Shown here in pieces: positions 24,290 to 37,219 of a stretch of 64,000 bases of DNA. The first letter of the stretch is position 1. Every line of letters starts with the position of its first letter. The notes below the pieces were generated by a model. It was given only the letters and a program-made list of their open reading frames with translations, was not told the origin of the DNA and searched no databases. This DNA comes from Chrysemys picta bellii (lineage: Eukaryota). The translations under genes and the position numbers were made by a program. The stretch covers positions 32,984,001 to 33,048,000 of the forward strand of contig NC_088801.1 in assembly GCF_011386835.1 (NCBI RefSeq). The letters run 5' to 3'.

Positions 24290-24964
24290 GAGACTCCTGC
24301 TTGCTATGCAGGGGGGAAGGAGAGGGTAATGTCAGGTTTTCCCCCTCCCCCCTGCTCCTGCACCCCGTGTACCCCTTCTCCATAAAGCGCAGGCAGAGGA
24401 CATGGACGGAGAGAGCTAGAGAGAGCTTGGGGCAGCAGCTGCTGTCTCAACTTCCTGATCCACTTAAAAAGACAATGCACTAAAGAGTGGGTCAGCTTAC
24501 TTAAAGGGGCAGTGTGCATCTCTCTCTCTCTCTCCCACAAACAAGGTGTGTGTCTGTCTCTGTCTGCTATGCTGTCTCCCCTCCCTCGTGTTTATGCTGC
24601 CTTGTGTGAGAGGCTACATTAACAACAATGTGTTAACCCTTGAGGGCTCAGCCGAGTGCTAGTTCATCATTTAGCAGTAAGGTATTCCCTGGGAGATATC
24701 CCTCCCTCTTCCTTTAACTTCACCACCTCAACCAAGCTTCACCATCATCATAGCTGTGAACAGTATTACATTGTTTGTTTAAAACGTATACTGTGTGTAT
24801 ATCTATATAATATATAGTTTTTTGTCTGGTGAAAAAAAATTCCCTGGAACCTAACCCCCACATTTACATTAATTCTTGTGGGGAAATTGGATTCACTTAA
24901 TATTGTTTTGCTTAAAGTCGCATTTTTCAGGAACATAACTACAACATTAAGTGAGGAGTTACTG
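24290..24964. mobile_element. Tigger/pogo-like non-autonomous element, left end missing
   Basis: Right terminus TTAAGTGAGGAGTTACTG followed by TA; no matching left TIR. Confidence 0.7.
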
Positions 24965-24966
24965 TA

Positions 24967-27900
24967 TTGCTCAAGGACCTGGTTCACTTGTGACCAGAGG
25001 ATCTGTTGCTATTTAAGGTTATGAGCAGTTCAAAGATACTCCAGATTCTTATGATCAGTATGGACCTGGATTGGGACCTGAGTCAGGGCAATGAAAAGTC
25101 CCTAAAAGTGGGGGGCCACCAGCACCCAAACTGTGGCCCCACCCCCGTGCTGCCCATTCCCCCCAAGTCCCTTTCCTCACACCGCTCCTTCCCCCAAGGT
25201 CCCACCTCCACACCTCCTCTTCCCCCAAGGCCCTGCCCCTCAGTTGTTCCTCTCTGCCCCCTCCCCAAGTCACTCACCCTTACAGCTGGTAAAAAGTGGG
25301 AGGTCTTTTTAAAGTGATGGGGCCACATGACCCCCTGATCCCTGCTGTTCTGGTGCCCCTGACCTGACCTCCTTCTAGGTGTCACCATCCTTCAAAAGCT
25401 GTCTTTATCACAAGTATCAATTTGTCCCAGATATAATAATTCTTCTCAGCGAGGGGGTAGTTTTTATGAATAAAAGGCACAGGGCTGGAGTTGGTTATGA
25501 GAGCCAGTATGTTGTGACAGAACAGCTCTAATGGCAAAGTTCAAAGCATCTGCCTCTATGATGAAGAGCTTGGCAGGATCTAGAAGCACAAGAATGGGAC
25601 CTGAGGTAAAGGATCTTTTGAGCTGATCAAATGCAAACTATGTCCCTGGTGACCAGATGAAATGGACTCCCTTTCAAAGAAGCACAGGTATGGGAGCAAA
25701 TAGGGGAGAGAATCCTTTAATAAAATGCCTGTAGAAATTGGCAAACCTGAGAAACTGCTGTATGACTCTTATATCCTTCAGAGCCTTCCACCCAGAGATG
25801 GCAGATACCTTCCATGAGTCCATTGTTAGCTCTTTGGCGAGGAGCGCAATTGTGTTTTTATAAACTCACATTACTTCAGTTTGGTGTAAAGATGGTTTTG
25901 GCAGAGTCTGTTGAGAATGTGGCACACATATTCCTCGTGCAGTGTCTGATTTTCAGAAAAACCAAGAAGAACATCAAAAAAACAAACTCACAAACTAGTC
26001 CAATATGTTCTGGAAGATATTATTGACAAAATGCTAAAACACCACTGGCGAGTTACATAACTCAAAAGGCATAACTAAATATTAAAAATGTCCATATTGG
26101 GTGCAAAACAGTCTTCCATTCATCGCCTCCCCTAATTTGGACCACATTATAGGCCCAATGAAGATCCAACATAGTAAAAATCTTGGCTGAGTGGAGTCTC
26201 TCAAAGAGTTCATTAATAAGTGGCAGGGAGTATGGGTTTCAGACCATCAGTTTGTTCAGAACTCGACAGTCAACACAAGGGCGGAAGGAGCCATCTTTCT
26301 TTGCCACAAAGAAGATTGAAGTCCCTGCCAGAGAAGTAGATGGCACAAATGAACTCCTTCTCCAGGTTCTCGCAGAGGTACTCCTGGAGCATTTGGAGTT
26401 CAGGTTCCAAGAGGGACTATTGTGGCCAAAGGGGAACTCGGCTCCAGATTGCAGGTGAACTGGACAATCATAAATGTGATGGGTGACTAAGTAGCTGCCC
26501 TCTTTTTATTGAAAACATCAGGGTAATCCTGATATTTCACTGGGATTCCTGAAGCTGGGATCACAGGGATGGGGGAAGTCAACTTCAGTGTACCTCCTTA
26601 GGTTTCTGAATTCTCAGTAGGTGGCAAAGATCACACAAGAACATGTTTTTGGGAGGCAAAATTGATGGCAGAGTCTTGATGTAAAGTGTACTGTGCCTGG
26701 CCCCCAGCAGATGAGCAGATCATGGGTGATGAGAAAGGGAATGCTGAGGATGACAGGGAAGTGAGGTGCAAGGATCATACCAAACTGTTGAACCTCCCAG
26801 TGACCCTGGAGAGTGGTAAGCATCCAGGGTACCGTTTGATGAGTAACTGAGCTGGAGGAGAGGAGGGATCCATCAATAGACTCCATCAAATCGGGAATGC
26901 TCCTTTGCTGAGTTGGAATGTTGTGACTCCAGGCAAAGACTAAATCCATGAAATTGTCAGAGGCCCATGAGTGCCCTCAGCTTGACCTCTGATATGGGGG
27001 GGATGTTGTAGACAGAGGGCGAGTTGGATAGTGCTGGCACAGTGTCCATTCATAGCTAAAGTACTGGTTGACAAGAAGGGGTGCAAGGTCCTGGAGTGAA
27101 GTGGGGGACACAGGCTCAGCCTAGACGCCCTTTTTGGGGCTGAGATGAGGCATCTTTCTGGTCAAGACACAGCTTGATTCTTAGCAGGGCATCCCACACT
27201 GTAGTCACTACAGCGTAGTATCCAAATTCCCCACAATACAGCATAGGCCCAAAACATGACACCCGCCCTTCTCTGCATCAGAGAGGCAAGGCTGAACTCG
27301 GCTGATCTGTGTAGGCCCTTGTGATGAGAATGTGGAAGGGGATTGGGAATTCAACTCTCTCTCCAGGCAGCATTCAGTCAGGATGATCATCAATACTAAT
27401 ATACAACTTGACCAAGATGCCATGGTCAGGCAGCAGCTCCACCAATGCCAGCTTGTTCTTGATTTCCTCGCTTAGGGCATGCTGGATATGGTAGTGCTGC
27501 ACCACCTTGTTCTATTTAGTGTCTGCTGCCAGATGTCAGAACTCTGTGGCAAACTTGGCGACCAACCTGTTTCCCTGTTGCAGCTCCTGAAGCACGTTCT
27601 CAGCAGATTGTGTGCAATTCGGATCAAATACAATGGCCATAGCTTGTACAAACTCTTTGCCCCCAACAAGGGGCTAGAAGTCTCCAGATGGGGAGTTTCC
27701 CAGGTGAGGTCCTCCCAAGTTAGCAGACTAATAATAAGTCCTACTTGAGTCTGGTCAGTGGAGAACAAGTAGGTGCTGAAGCATGAACAGGAGTTGGCAC
27801 TGGGTCATGAAACCATGGAACTTGTTACCATCCCCATCAAACTTGTCAGGCATTTGACTCTCCGGCTCCTTAGAAGCTGGGCTAGCAGCTATGCGTGGGA

Positions 27901-28620
27901 TGGCTTGTGCCTATAGGACTGCAGTTTGTGCTCGCAAGGCCATAATTTGGGTTTATAGAGCCCACAGTGTCTGGCAGGGGCATGGCTGCCTCTGAAGAAT
28001 CATCTGAAGGGCTGTCCAGCCACTTACCCATGCTTGTTCAATCTTTTCAGCTGCTCTAACTGTCAGCAACCAAACGGTGGGTGGCCTGGCCTAGTGGCTG
28101 AAGCAAGAGTCTGGCCTACTAGTTAGCGCTGAATCCATATGGGGCAGGTCAAGGAGTGAAGCCAAGAGTCAGAGACCATAGCCTAAACCAACGGATTAGC
28201 TGGAGTTGTAGTGAGAAGGCGTAGCAGAGGAGGGAATCAGAGGTCAGGAAGGAGCTGGGGGCTGAAGCAGGGACAGGTAGGGGCAGGGCTAGAGACAGCG
28301 GAGGCAGGGATAGGATCAAGGCTAGGAATGCATTGAGCCACTACTGGACTGCTGCTGCTGCTAAGCCTAAGCATCAGCCCGGAGACTCCTGCAGCCAATC
28401 AGGTGGTACAGTCAACCAGAGAGCTTCTGTCAGGGTAAGCTGTGCTCACTGGATTGCCAGGGGATGGCTTTGCTGCAGGCTGGCCTCTGACAAAAGGCAC
28501 GGGGAGTCTGCAAATCAAAATTTCTCCAAGGGCCTGTCTAGATAGCAAATAAAAGGTGCTTTCTTCAGTCAGGTTAGCGTAATCATGTGAGCTAACATTA
28601 TTGGAAAAAACCCTCACACA
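24967..28620 (-). mobile_element. Degraded Sushi-type (PEG10/RTL1-related) Ty3/Gypsy: gag, zinc knuckle, protease, RT, RNase H; integrase and 3' LTR missing
   Basis: Minus-strand relics: [116 protein letters not shown]. The right (5' LTR) boundary is approximate. Confidence 0.85.
25084..25361. mobile_element. hAT MITE inserted in the Gypsy RNase H region
   Basis: CAGGG...CCCTG termini; TSD ACCTGAGT/ACCTGACC (6/8); RNase H coding similarity continues on both sides. Confidence 0.75.
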
Positions 28621-30189
28621 TCCCTGTAGACATAATTGAACATCTTTACAATCATGTTAGTTGGTTTTGTTGTAGCCTAGATTGTAAAGGTGTTTTGTTT
28701 ATTAGGTTCATCACACACACAAATTAGGCACCAGTAATATGACTATAAACCTAATCATGTACATTTAAAATTACTTGGTTTCAGCATTTTCCTTTGAAGC
28801 TGAGAAAGCTTTTTACATTTACTTTCAATTAAGTAAATGATACTTAACTCATCTGGATTTAGCCCTCAGTTTTGTAAATGGAACCAGGTTCTGTATAATA
28901 GTTTAGAAGATGCTGTGACCACTCACTAATCTTCAATATGTTTCATTTATGCAAAAGGACTAAACAAGGGAGCCCATTCTTTCTCCATTGGTTAGTATAA
29001 TTGAATATGTCACAATAATAAAATAAAATGTACTTTTAACACAAATTATGCAAGAAATAGAGTAATGGTACTTAAACTATATGACAACGAAGGTTATATT
29101 ATCACATCATGAGGCTCCCCATGAGCAAACTAAATTTGCAAATCTTTGATCAAAAATAAATTTACACAAACATAATATTTGCATCTACATTCCAGGAAGA
29201 TTAATAAACATGTTTTGTTATTTGATTATCCTAGCAATAAAAATCTGTAGCTGATCAAATTTCTGACAGCCTGCAGTTACAGAGAGAGAATGGCCTTCCT
29301 GAGCCACTTCACTTAGTCCATGGGCCACACCTTGGACCCCGTGGAAGTGTGACCATAAATTAATGTACTTAGACAGTAACACACACACACAAAAAGAGAG
29401 CTCCTTAAATGCAGAGAGAAATTTGGAGGCATATCAATTTATAAAATTGGTTGAAATTAGAAATCTCGCTAATGTTAAGAGGGTTTCTTTAGATCTTTCA
29501 TACAATGGAGCTTCAAACTGTCACCACATGGTCCCAAATATTTAGGTCTCCAAATACCAACTGTTACTACATATAATTAAAATCCGTTTGCAAGAATTAA
29601 TCAAGCAAATCAAGCTAACTTGTGAGATGGGATAAATTGCTGCTGTCTTTATTTATGGCAGATAGCCAATATTATTAAAATAACCTCACTTGACCAGTGC
29701 TCTCTACCTACACGCCCAATATTTCCCATTAACATTAATAGGTTAATTATTTGTATAGTGAGAACCCACTCCTGAAGCATCAAAATTATATTTTAAGAAA
29801 GTTTTTATGAGAAAAATCTTGTGGGTGTAATCAAGAAAATGAAATAATCGTGTTTTAAACATTTACTACAGCTTTTATTGTGATCAACATAGAAAAATGA
29901 AACCAAATATGTCAGACAACAATTATACAAACTGGTATAGCTATATGTAAGTAAAATGTGTCTCATTAAGAAACACATTTTTTTTTTTTATTTACAGGCA
30001 GGCACATTTTACTTGCGTATTTCTTCTAGGGGTCTCAGTTCACAACTGACTTTATTAAAGTACAAAGTATTTGTTTATATTACTATGTTAAATAGCTAGT
30101 TTCAAAGACAGTGGACCTCCCTAGTTGGGATCTTGAGGAAAAGAAATGTCTACCTTTATCTAGCAAACTGTTCACTATTTGTACTATGT

Positions 30190-30545
30190 TAGCACCTAGA
30201 GAGCCCAACCAAGGTTCCCTCATGCGAGGACTGTACAAATACATAGTTAAGAGACTCTCCCTTCTTCAGAGAGTTTACAATTTAAATATATAAACCACTA
30301 AGGATCTGAAACAGAGGGATGGAGAGATTAATTGACTTGTCCAAAGTCACACAGCAGTCAGGAGCAGAGCCAGGAAGAGGATCATTATCCACTGGACTGC
30401 ACTTAGGGTGACCAGATGTCCCGATTTTATAGGGACAGTCCCGATTTTTGGGTCTTTTTCTTATATAGGCTCTTATTACCCCCCACCCTCCGTCCCGATT
30501 TTTCACATTTGCTGTCTGGTCACCCTAACTGCACTGCCTCTCTGA
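30190..30545 (-). mobile_element. MIR/CORE-SINE and L2-tail-like fragments interrupted by an hAT MITE
   Basis: TTGACTTGTCCAAAGTCACACAGC is the MIR core in reverse; TGTACAAATACATAG..GAGTTTACAAT is L2/MIR tail-like. Confidence 0.6.
30404..30527. mobile_element. hAT-Ac type MITE (TAGGGTGACCAGA)
   Basis: Perfect TIRs and perfect 8-bp TSD ACTGCACT. Confidence 0.95.
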
Positions 30546-31136
30546 TCTAGCCTAGCAATTTAATAGAAGCAAAAGATGTCAGAAGCACATAGGGATCAAA
30601 CTTCAGATGCCAAGCTCACCCACTAGCTTCATGGAATTGCAGAGGTTGGACAGGGTCAGTAGCATCACATTCAACCTCTCTGCAATTGGCTTTCTGAATG
30701 GTGCTGACAAGTTCTGTGAGGGACCCTGTAACAGAACCTATTTGAATCATTGCATATTGAACTGTGACACACAACCTTGAATCAATTCAGATCTTAAGCC
30801 CTTGCTTAATCTCAAAATAGTTCATTATAGGCATTTCTGTGACAAATTCTTTAAATTCCCCAAAGCTTTTCTCTTGCCAGTGTCTTCCTGTACTATCCTC
30901 AAGTATCATTCTGAGTGGAGCATTTAATTGTGAAAAATTTTAGGGATTCATTTGTTTAGATATGTTAACATGCTCATGAATCTCTGTAAACCTTGTTTTG
31001 CAGTCTTTTGATTTGTACAATTGCTTTTTACCTTTCTTGGGTCCACCAAAACTCCTTTGTCACTGATTATATATACTACATAAGCAATCTCATTCAGCCA
31101 AATCTGGCAAAATTGTTTCTGTTCTATTTAGAGTTG

Positions 31137-31363
31137 TTTTGTGTCTACTAGAGAGCTTACCGCGGCACTGCCGATGGGAAAGAGCTCTCCCATTGACATA
31201 ATTAAACCACCCCCAACAAGTGGCAGTAGCTATGTGGGCAGGAGAAGCTCTACCGCTGACATAGTGTTGTCCATATTGGCACTTATATCAGTGTAAGTGG
31301 TTGGTTTTTTGTACCCCTGAGCGACATAAGTTTTACCTACATAAGTGGTAGTGTAGACAGAGC
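31137..31363. mobile_element. PIF/Harbinger MITE with internal deletions
   Basis: Same internal sequence as 14394-14689; right TIR TAGTGTAGACAG. Confidence 0.8.
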
Positions 31364-34300
31364 TTCAGATACACTTCAGAACATTAATCAGTCTCTCATT
31401 GTGTTGTTGATCATTTTTACTCCAAATCAGCAGTTCATCAACTTCTATTCCATCTAGACCCTCAAAGATCCTCAAATGATCTGATTGTTATACATCAGGT
31501 ACTGAAGCCATACTGAAGATAAGTTGATTAAACATATTATTTGAATCAAATCAGAATTGACATAACCCTTGTCAAAACTGAAAATAGTTTTGGAGTATAG
31601 ACATATGCTCCTTAACTATTCTCATGGGGTAATGCAACTCTACTGTGATATCTGTGCTTACGCAGGTATGCTACTGTGGCTTTGCCCATTAGTTTCATTT
31701 TGTGCTCACTACATGAAAGAACCTTAGCTTTTGGTTTTAACACTAGGCAGTCATTAATTTTTTTGTATAAGCTGACTGAATTTTATTGCAGGTTAGCTCC
31801 AGTTTCTATTTTGAAATGGAATGTTGATTCATTTATTTTTGAAGTCACAACTAATCCGTTGTAGAACCTTATTTTGTAAATTTATTATGAGACTCGGCAA
31901 GAACCTCTTTCTCTGCATCATTTCGTCATTTTCATCATCATTGCTTTGTCTTTCAGTATGTTCATGAATATATTATGCTTTTGTATATCTTTTCAATTTG
32001 TGCTGAGAACAGAGCCAACACACTTCTGCGGAATGGTTGCTTTTATTGTGCACATAACATTGTGCTCCTTGTGTTGGACCTTTTTGCCATGGGTGATTGC
32101 ATCTATGCTTATTGAAAACAAATCTAGTCTCTGCCATTTGTTTACTCTTGTATTTTATCTTTATGCCTTGGTATGCATTTTTAATTAGATAGCAAGCAGT
32201 GAAAGAACTGAAGTCTAACACTTTCAGTTGGGAAGCAGTTTTCATTAGTTCTGCAAATATCCACTGTTCTTTTCTCATTATAACCTTGTTTTGACTTGGT
32301 TATCACTTATATCTCAAATAATTTGTCCATCTGTTAACTGGTCAAATTCACATGATTTGGCTTTATTTCTGAAGATCTGTAACAATGGTCAATGGGCTCC
32401 TCTTGCAGCTGGTTTATTGTAAAAATGTGCCTTTCCCACAAGTGACATTCTTGTGTGGATCAAAATAGTCTTAAAAGTTTTGAATGGCTTCATCTAGCAG
32501 TTTGCAGTCCTTCTCTTGGAATGTATGTATATCACCAGTGCCTTTGGTCCTGCAGTGTGGAGGACTTTGTCCTCTCCGATTCCACATTCCTCTCCAGTTT
32601 TTGGATAGGTTCCTTTCCATATTCATTTAGTTGGCTTCAATGGCTCAATTTTTGCCATTTTCAGACCTTATGTAAAAATACCCTCATAACACATCAAATG
32701 CTGGTAACCATCCAGTCAGGTCTTTATTTCCTAGCCCCAGTCAAATGACATGGGTAAGGAGTAAAAAAAATTATACCCAGTGACCTAGCAGGAGACAGTA
32801 TTCAGTGATTCCAGGAAACAACGACCAGCACTTGTTTGTCATTCCTTTAGTACAGGCCACACCTCTCTTCAGTTAGAAGATGAATTACTGCAAAGAAGGG
32901 TCTGAAAGAGCTGGGGATGTTTAAGTCTGGAGGAAAACTAGGGAATCTAGCAGGCCCCTCCAGAAAAGTTTATATAATCAACCACATTGTACAACCTGCT
33001 GATTAACATTTCATCAGAGGTAAAATTCATATTAGGAACATTATTTTGAGCATTTTTACTCCAAGCTGCAGTGAAAGCCTAAACAATAGGTATATTATGA
33101 TGGAAATCTTCTCCTATGTACTTAGCTAGTTGGACCACAACAGTGAGGGATTTGGTGGCACTACAGAGAGTGCCCTTCATATTAAATGACAATTTGGAAG
33201 TGTTTAACAACATATGGTCTCTTCTCCTTGACATATATGATTAAGAATATATCTTTTGTATATCAAAATATAAAATACCATCTGTCATAAGTAACAACTA
33301 TGATATTGGCTTTATATAGCCAATTAATTCACTGTACTTTCTAATGTAAATATTTCTCCTATTTTCTCTTTTTTCTTGTTCTGTATCTATATTTATTTAT
33401 AAAATTTCAATAAATGTATATCTAAAAAAGTCAACACTATGTCTTGAAATGTAATTAAGAATAACAATGAAAGTCTGTTTTCACTTTGTATTTTAAAGAT
33501 GAAGGGCCAAATCCTGAGCTGGCATAAATTGGCACAGCTCCATGGGCATCAGTGGATTTATATGGATTTACATCAACTAAGGATATAACCCAGCAGGTTA
33601 CTTTTCCCTTTAAAAAAACAGCTATACCCATTAACTCTGATGGCCTCTTTCCTTTCATGAAATGCAGAGTTTCACAGGTCTTTCTCCAAAAATTTGATAT
33701 TCCTTTGAGATATGAGTTGAAGAGAAGTGAGAGTTTACATATGACATTCATGGCTTGTTAGGGATGTACGATGCTTGAATTTAAATAGACTCATGGAGAT
33801 ATAAGAGTTAATATCAAGAGCTCAATAAAAATCAAGAAAAAGTATATAAGATTCCAGTTTCTCTAATTCAAAGCATACCTGACTCTTGTAATTTTATAGG
33901 CAAAAAATAAACCTTTTATCTTTTATTTAAATGGGCTTTTGACCATGTCAAAACTTGGAAGATTCTCAAGATTCTCATGGCAGGAGCATAGTGACCAAGC
34001 TTTGCCAGGTTAAATGAGTGAGATTTTAATAGTCTAATTGAAACATGGTACAAATTCTCTTATTGTCTGAATGTGATACTTAGACATACCTCTGAAATAT
34101 ATCTCATTATGAGATACAGTGAAGACAGCTAAAATGTGTTAAAATGTCATGCAAGTCCTGTAAAAACCTGCAGGGTGGAGACAATGCATTTTAATGGAGA
34201 TTTCTGAAGAGACAAGATACTCATATTAGGTACAAATTTACCTCTGTCACATGCACCTGCTGTTATCTGGCTGTTTATTAGTGCAAATTGACATCAGAAA

Positions 34301-34990
34301 TGCTGAACGTTATAGAGGAAGGTCATATATATCTGTATAGCATGTTAAATTCCCTCGTGATGCTTCTAACTTTGGGTGTGCCCTTATTTTGGGGGCTAGT
34401 TCTATATTTTAAAGCACCTGGGAGATTGAAAGTATGGATGCTGTAGTCATTTAGAAACTACTTGAGAAAACCTAAAATAGCATGAGAGAACTAGTTCCGA
34501 TTAAGTAACAAATTATTTCAACTTTTGCTCAAAATTCAAATCAATCTCTTTCTAGAGTTTGGCAAAAATCATTTTTTAAAGTATTTTTTTCATATCTCTG
34601 TGCTTCCTGAATTTGGCTGGGTTTGGCAGTGGAAATACCAAGCAAATGTGAAAAACTAGTTTTGCAACATTTCTGACCCAAATGAAACCAGTCCAGTTTC
34701 TTAAAGAATCATCGGAGGTTTAGGATGTTTATTTGATGCTCCTTCTCCTGTTTGTCTGAAGATAAGGAACTGTGAGAGATAAAACTAAAAGCAACCTTGA
34801 AGTCTTAAAGTGCAGTGAGACTTGAATAGCTCTAGCTTGAAGTTCAGTAGAATATTACAAGCACACTTCCTCCTTTTTGTTAAAATAGCTACTTCAGCTT
34901 TAAAACTGTCCCTCCCCCCAACTTCATTGTGCTTGTTTACAGTGATAAATTAATAGAACTGGCCTTAGACACAAGAAAAATAAGTGAAAA

Positions 34991-36618
34991 TCACTCAGTC
35001 CCCGGAAAAATCATGGAACAGGTCCTCAAGGAATCCATTTTGAAGCAAGTGGAGGGGAGGAAGGTGATCAGGAACAGTCAACATGGATTCACCAAGGGCA
35101 AGTCATGCTTGACCAACCTGATTGCCTTCTATGATGAGATAACTGGCTCTGTGGATATGGGGAAAGCAGTGGACGTGATATACCTTGACTTTAGCAAAGC
35201 TTTTGATACGGTCTCCCACAGTATTCTTGCCAGCAAGTTAAAGAAGTATGGATTGGATGAATGGACTACAAGGTGGACAGACAGCAGGCTAGATCGTTGG
35301 GCTCAACGGGTAGTGATCAATGGCTCGATGTCTAGTTGGCAGCCAGTATCAAGTAGAGTGCCCCAGGGGTTGGTCCTGGGGCCGATCTTGTTCAACATCT
35401 TCATTAATGATCTGGATGATGGGATGGACTGCATCCTCAGCAAGTTCACAGATGACACTAAGCTGGGGGGGGGGGGGGGGGGGAGAGGCAGATACGCTGG
35501 AGGATACACATAGGGTCTAGAGTGACCTAGACAAATTGGAGGATTGGGCCAAAAGAAATCTGATGAGGTTTGACAAGGACAAGTACAGAGTCATGCATTT
35601 GGGATGGAAGAATCCCATGCACTGCTACAGGCTGGGGACTGACTGGCTAAGCAACAGTTCTGCAGAAAAGGACCTGGGAATTACAGTGTATGAGAAGCTG
35701 GATATGAGTCAACCTTGTGCCCTTGTTGCCAAGAAGGCTAACAGCAAATTGGGCTGCATTAGTAGGAGCATTACCAGCAGATCGAGGGAAGTGATTATTC
35801 CCCTCTATTCAGCACACTGGTGAGGCCACATCTGGAGTATTGCATCCAGTTTCCTCCCCGCCTCCAACAGAAAAGATGTGGACAAATTGGAGAGAGTCCA
35901 GCAGAGGGCAACGAATATGATTAGGGGGCTGGGGCACATGACTTATGAGGAGAGGCTGAGGGAACTGGGCTTATTTAGTCTGGAGAAGAGAAGAGTGAGA
36001 GGGGATTTGATAGCAGCCTTCAAGTACCTGAAGGGGGGTGTGGGAGAGGTTCCATAGAGGATGGAGCAAGGCTGTTCTCAGGGTACGTCTATACTTACTT
36101 CCTGGTCCGGATTGTAAGAGATCGATCTTCTGGGATCGATCCCGGAAGTGCTTGCCGTCAACGCCGGTACTCCAGCTCAGCGAGAGGAGTACGCGGCATC
36201 GACGGGGGAGCCTGCCTGCTGCGTCTGGACCCGCGGTAAGTTCGGACTAAGGTACTTCGAATTCAGCTACGTTATTAACGTAGCTGAATTTGCGTACCTT
36301 AATCCGAAGTGGGGGGTTAGTGTGGACCAGGCCTCAGTGGTGGCAGATGACAGAACATGGAGTAATGGTCTCAAGTTGCAGTGGGGAAGGTCTATGTTGG
36401 ATTTTAGGATAAACTATTTCACTAAGATGGTGGTGAAGCACTGGAATGAGTTACCTAGGGAGGTGGTGGAATCTCCATCCTTAGAGGTTTTAAAGGCCCA
36501 ACTTGATAAAGCCCTGGATGGGATGATTTAGTTGGGGTCAGTCCTGCTTTGAGCAGGGGGTTGGACTAGATGACCTCCTGAGGTCTCTTCCAACCCTAAT
36601 CTTCTATGATTCTATGAT
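34991..36618 (+). mobile_element. 5'-truncated turtle CR1 LINE (RT region to 3' tail)
   Basis: [56 protein letters not shown]; ends CTTCTATGATTCTATGA; frameshifts and a G19 run at 35465-35483. Confidence 0.95.
36081..36333. mobile_element. CpG-rich Harbinger MITE inserted in CR1
   Basis: GGGTACGTCTA.ACT / AGTGTGGACCAGGCC termini; 3-bp TSD TCA on both sides; CR1 sequence resumes after it. Confidence 0.9.
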
Positions 36619-36871
36619 CACTTCAGGATGTGAACCAACATTTGAACTCTATATATGAGGACATTTGGAAGAAATAAGGACACATTTTAACTCACTGAAA
36701 TCCTTTGGAGTGGGAAAGATCTGGACAAGCATGGAGTGGAAAACTATAAGATTGCTTTAAAATAATGATTATCTCACTAATTAGCATGTGTCTAGCTAAT
36801 TCATGTCTCTGTTCATTTATACCATGCTCATCGCCATACTTTGAGCACTTAGTATCAGAGCTACTGTGTCC

Positions 36872-36958
36872 TAGGGTGACCAGACGTCCCCCCCCCCCCG
36901 CATCACCCTCCCCCCCCCGCGCGTCCCGATATTTGTCTTGGGTGATCTGGTCACCCTA
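36872..36958. mobile_element. 87-bp hAT-Ac MITE
   Basis: TAGGGTGACCAGA / TCTGGTCACCCTA; perfect TSD CTGTGTCC. Confidence 0.95.
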
Positions 36959-37219
36959 CTGTGTCCACATGGCAGTATAAGATTTCAGATAAGGTTGTTA
37001 CAGGCCTTAAAAGGAGAGAATCAGAATGTGTGTTGCTGAGGCTACTTAAGTACAGTTTATAGCATGACTCCTCTTCTCCTGCTTCCCTTTAATTTTCCAT
37101 CTTGTGAGTTGCTGAGCATCCTCAACTACTGTTGTTTCAGGCTCTAAGATAGCCTGGGACTCCACAAATCATAATACTAGCCTTGTATGTAACCACTGCA
37201 GCGATCTCAGGGACACCTG

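Noticed and set aside
23778-24329. 183-aa + strand ORF
   Set aside because: An antisense shadow of the Harbinger second ORF, crossing a deletion junction.
34929-35513. 194-aa reverse transcriptase ORF as a functional gene
   Set aside because: It is a 5'-truncated CR1 fragment with its start in flanking DNA and a frameshift at the poly-G run.
36540-36618. tRNA-derived tortoise SINE
   Set aside because: The shared 3' tail here is continuous with CR1 ORF2 and has no tRNA-like head, so it belongs to the LINE.
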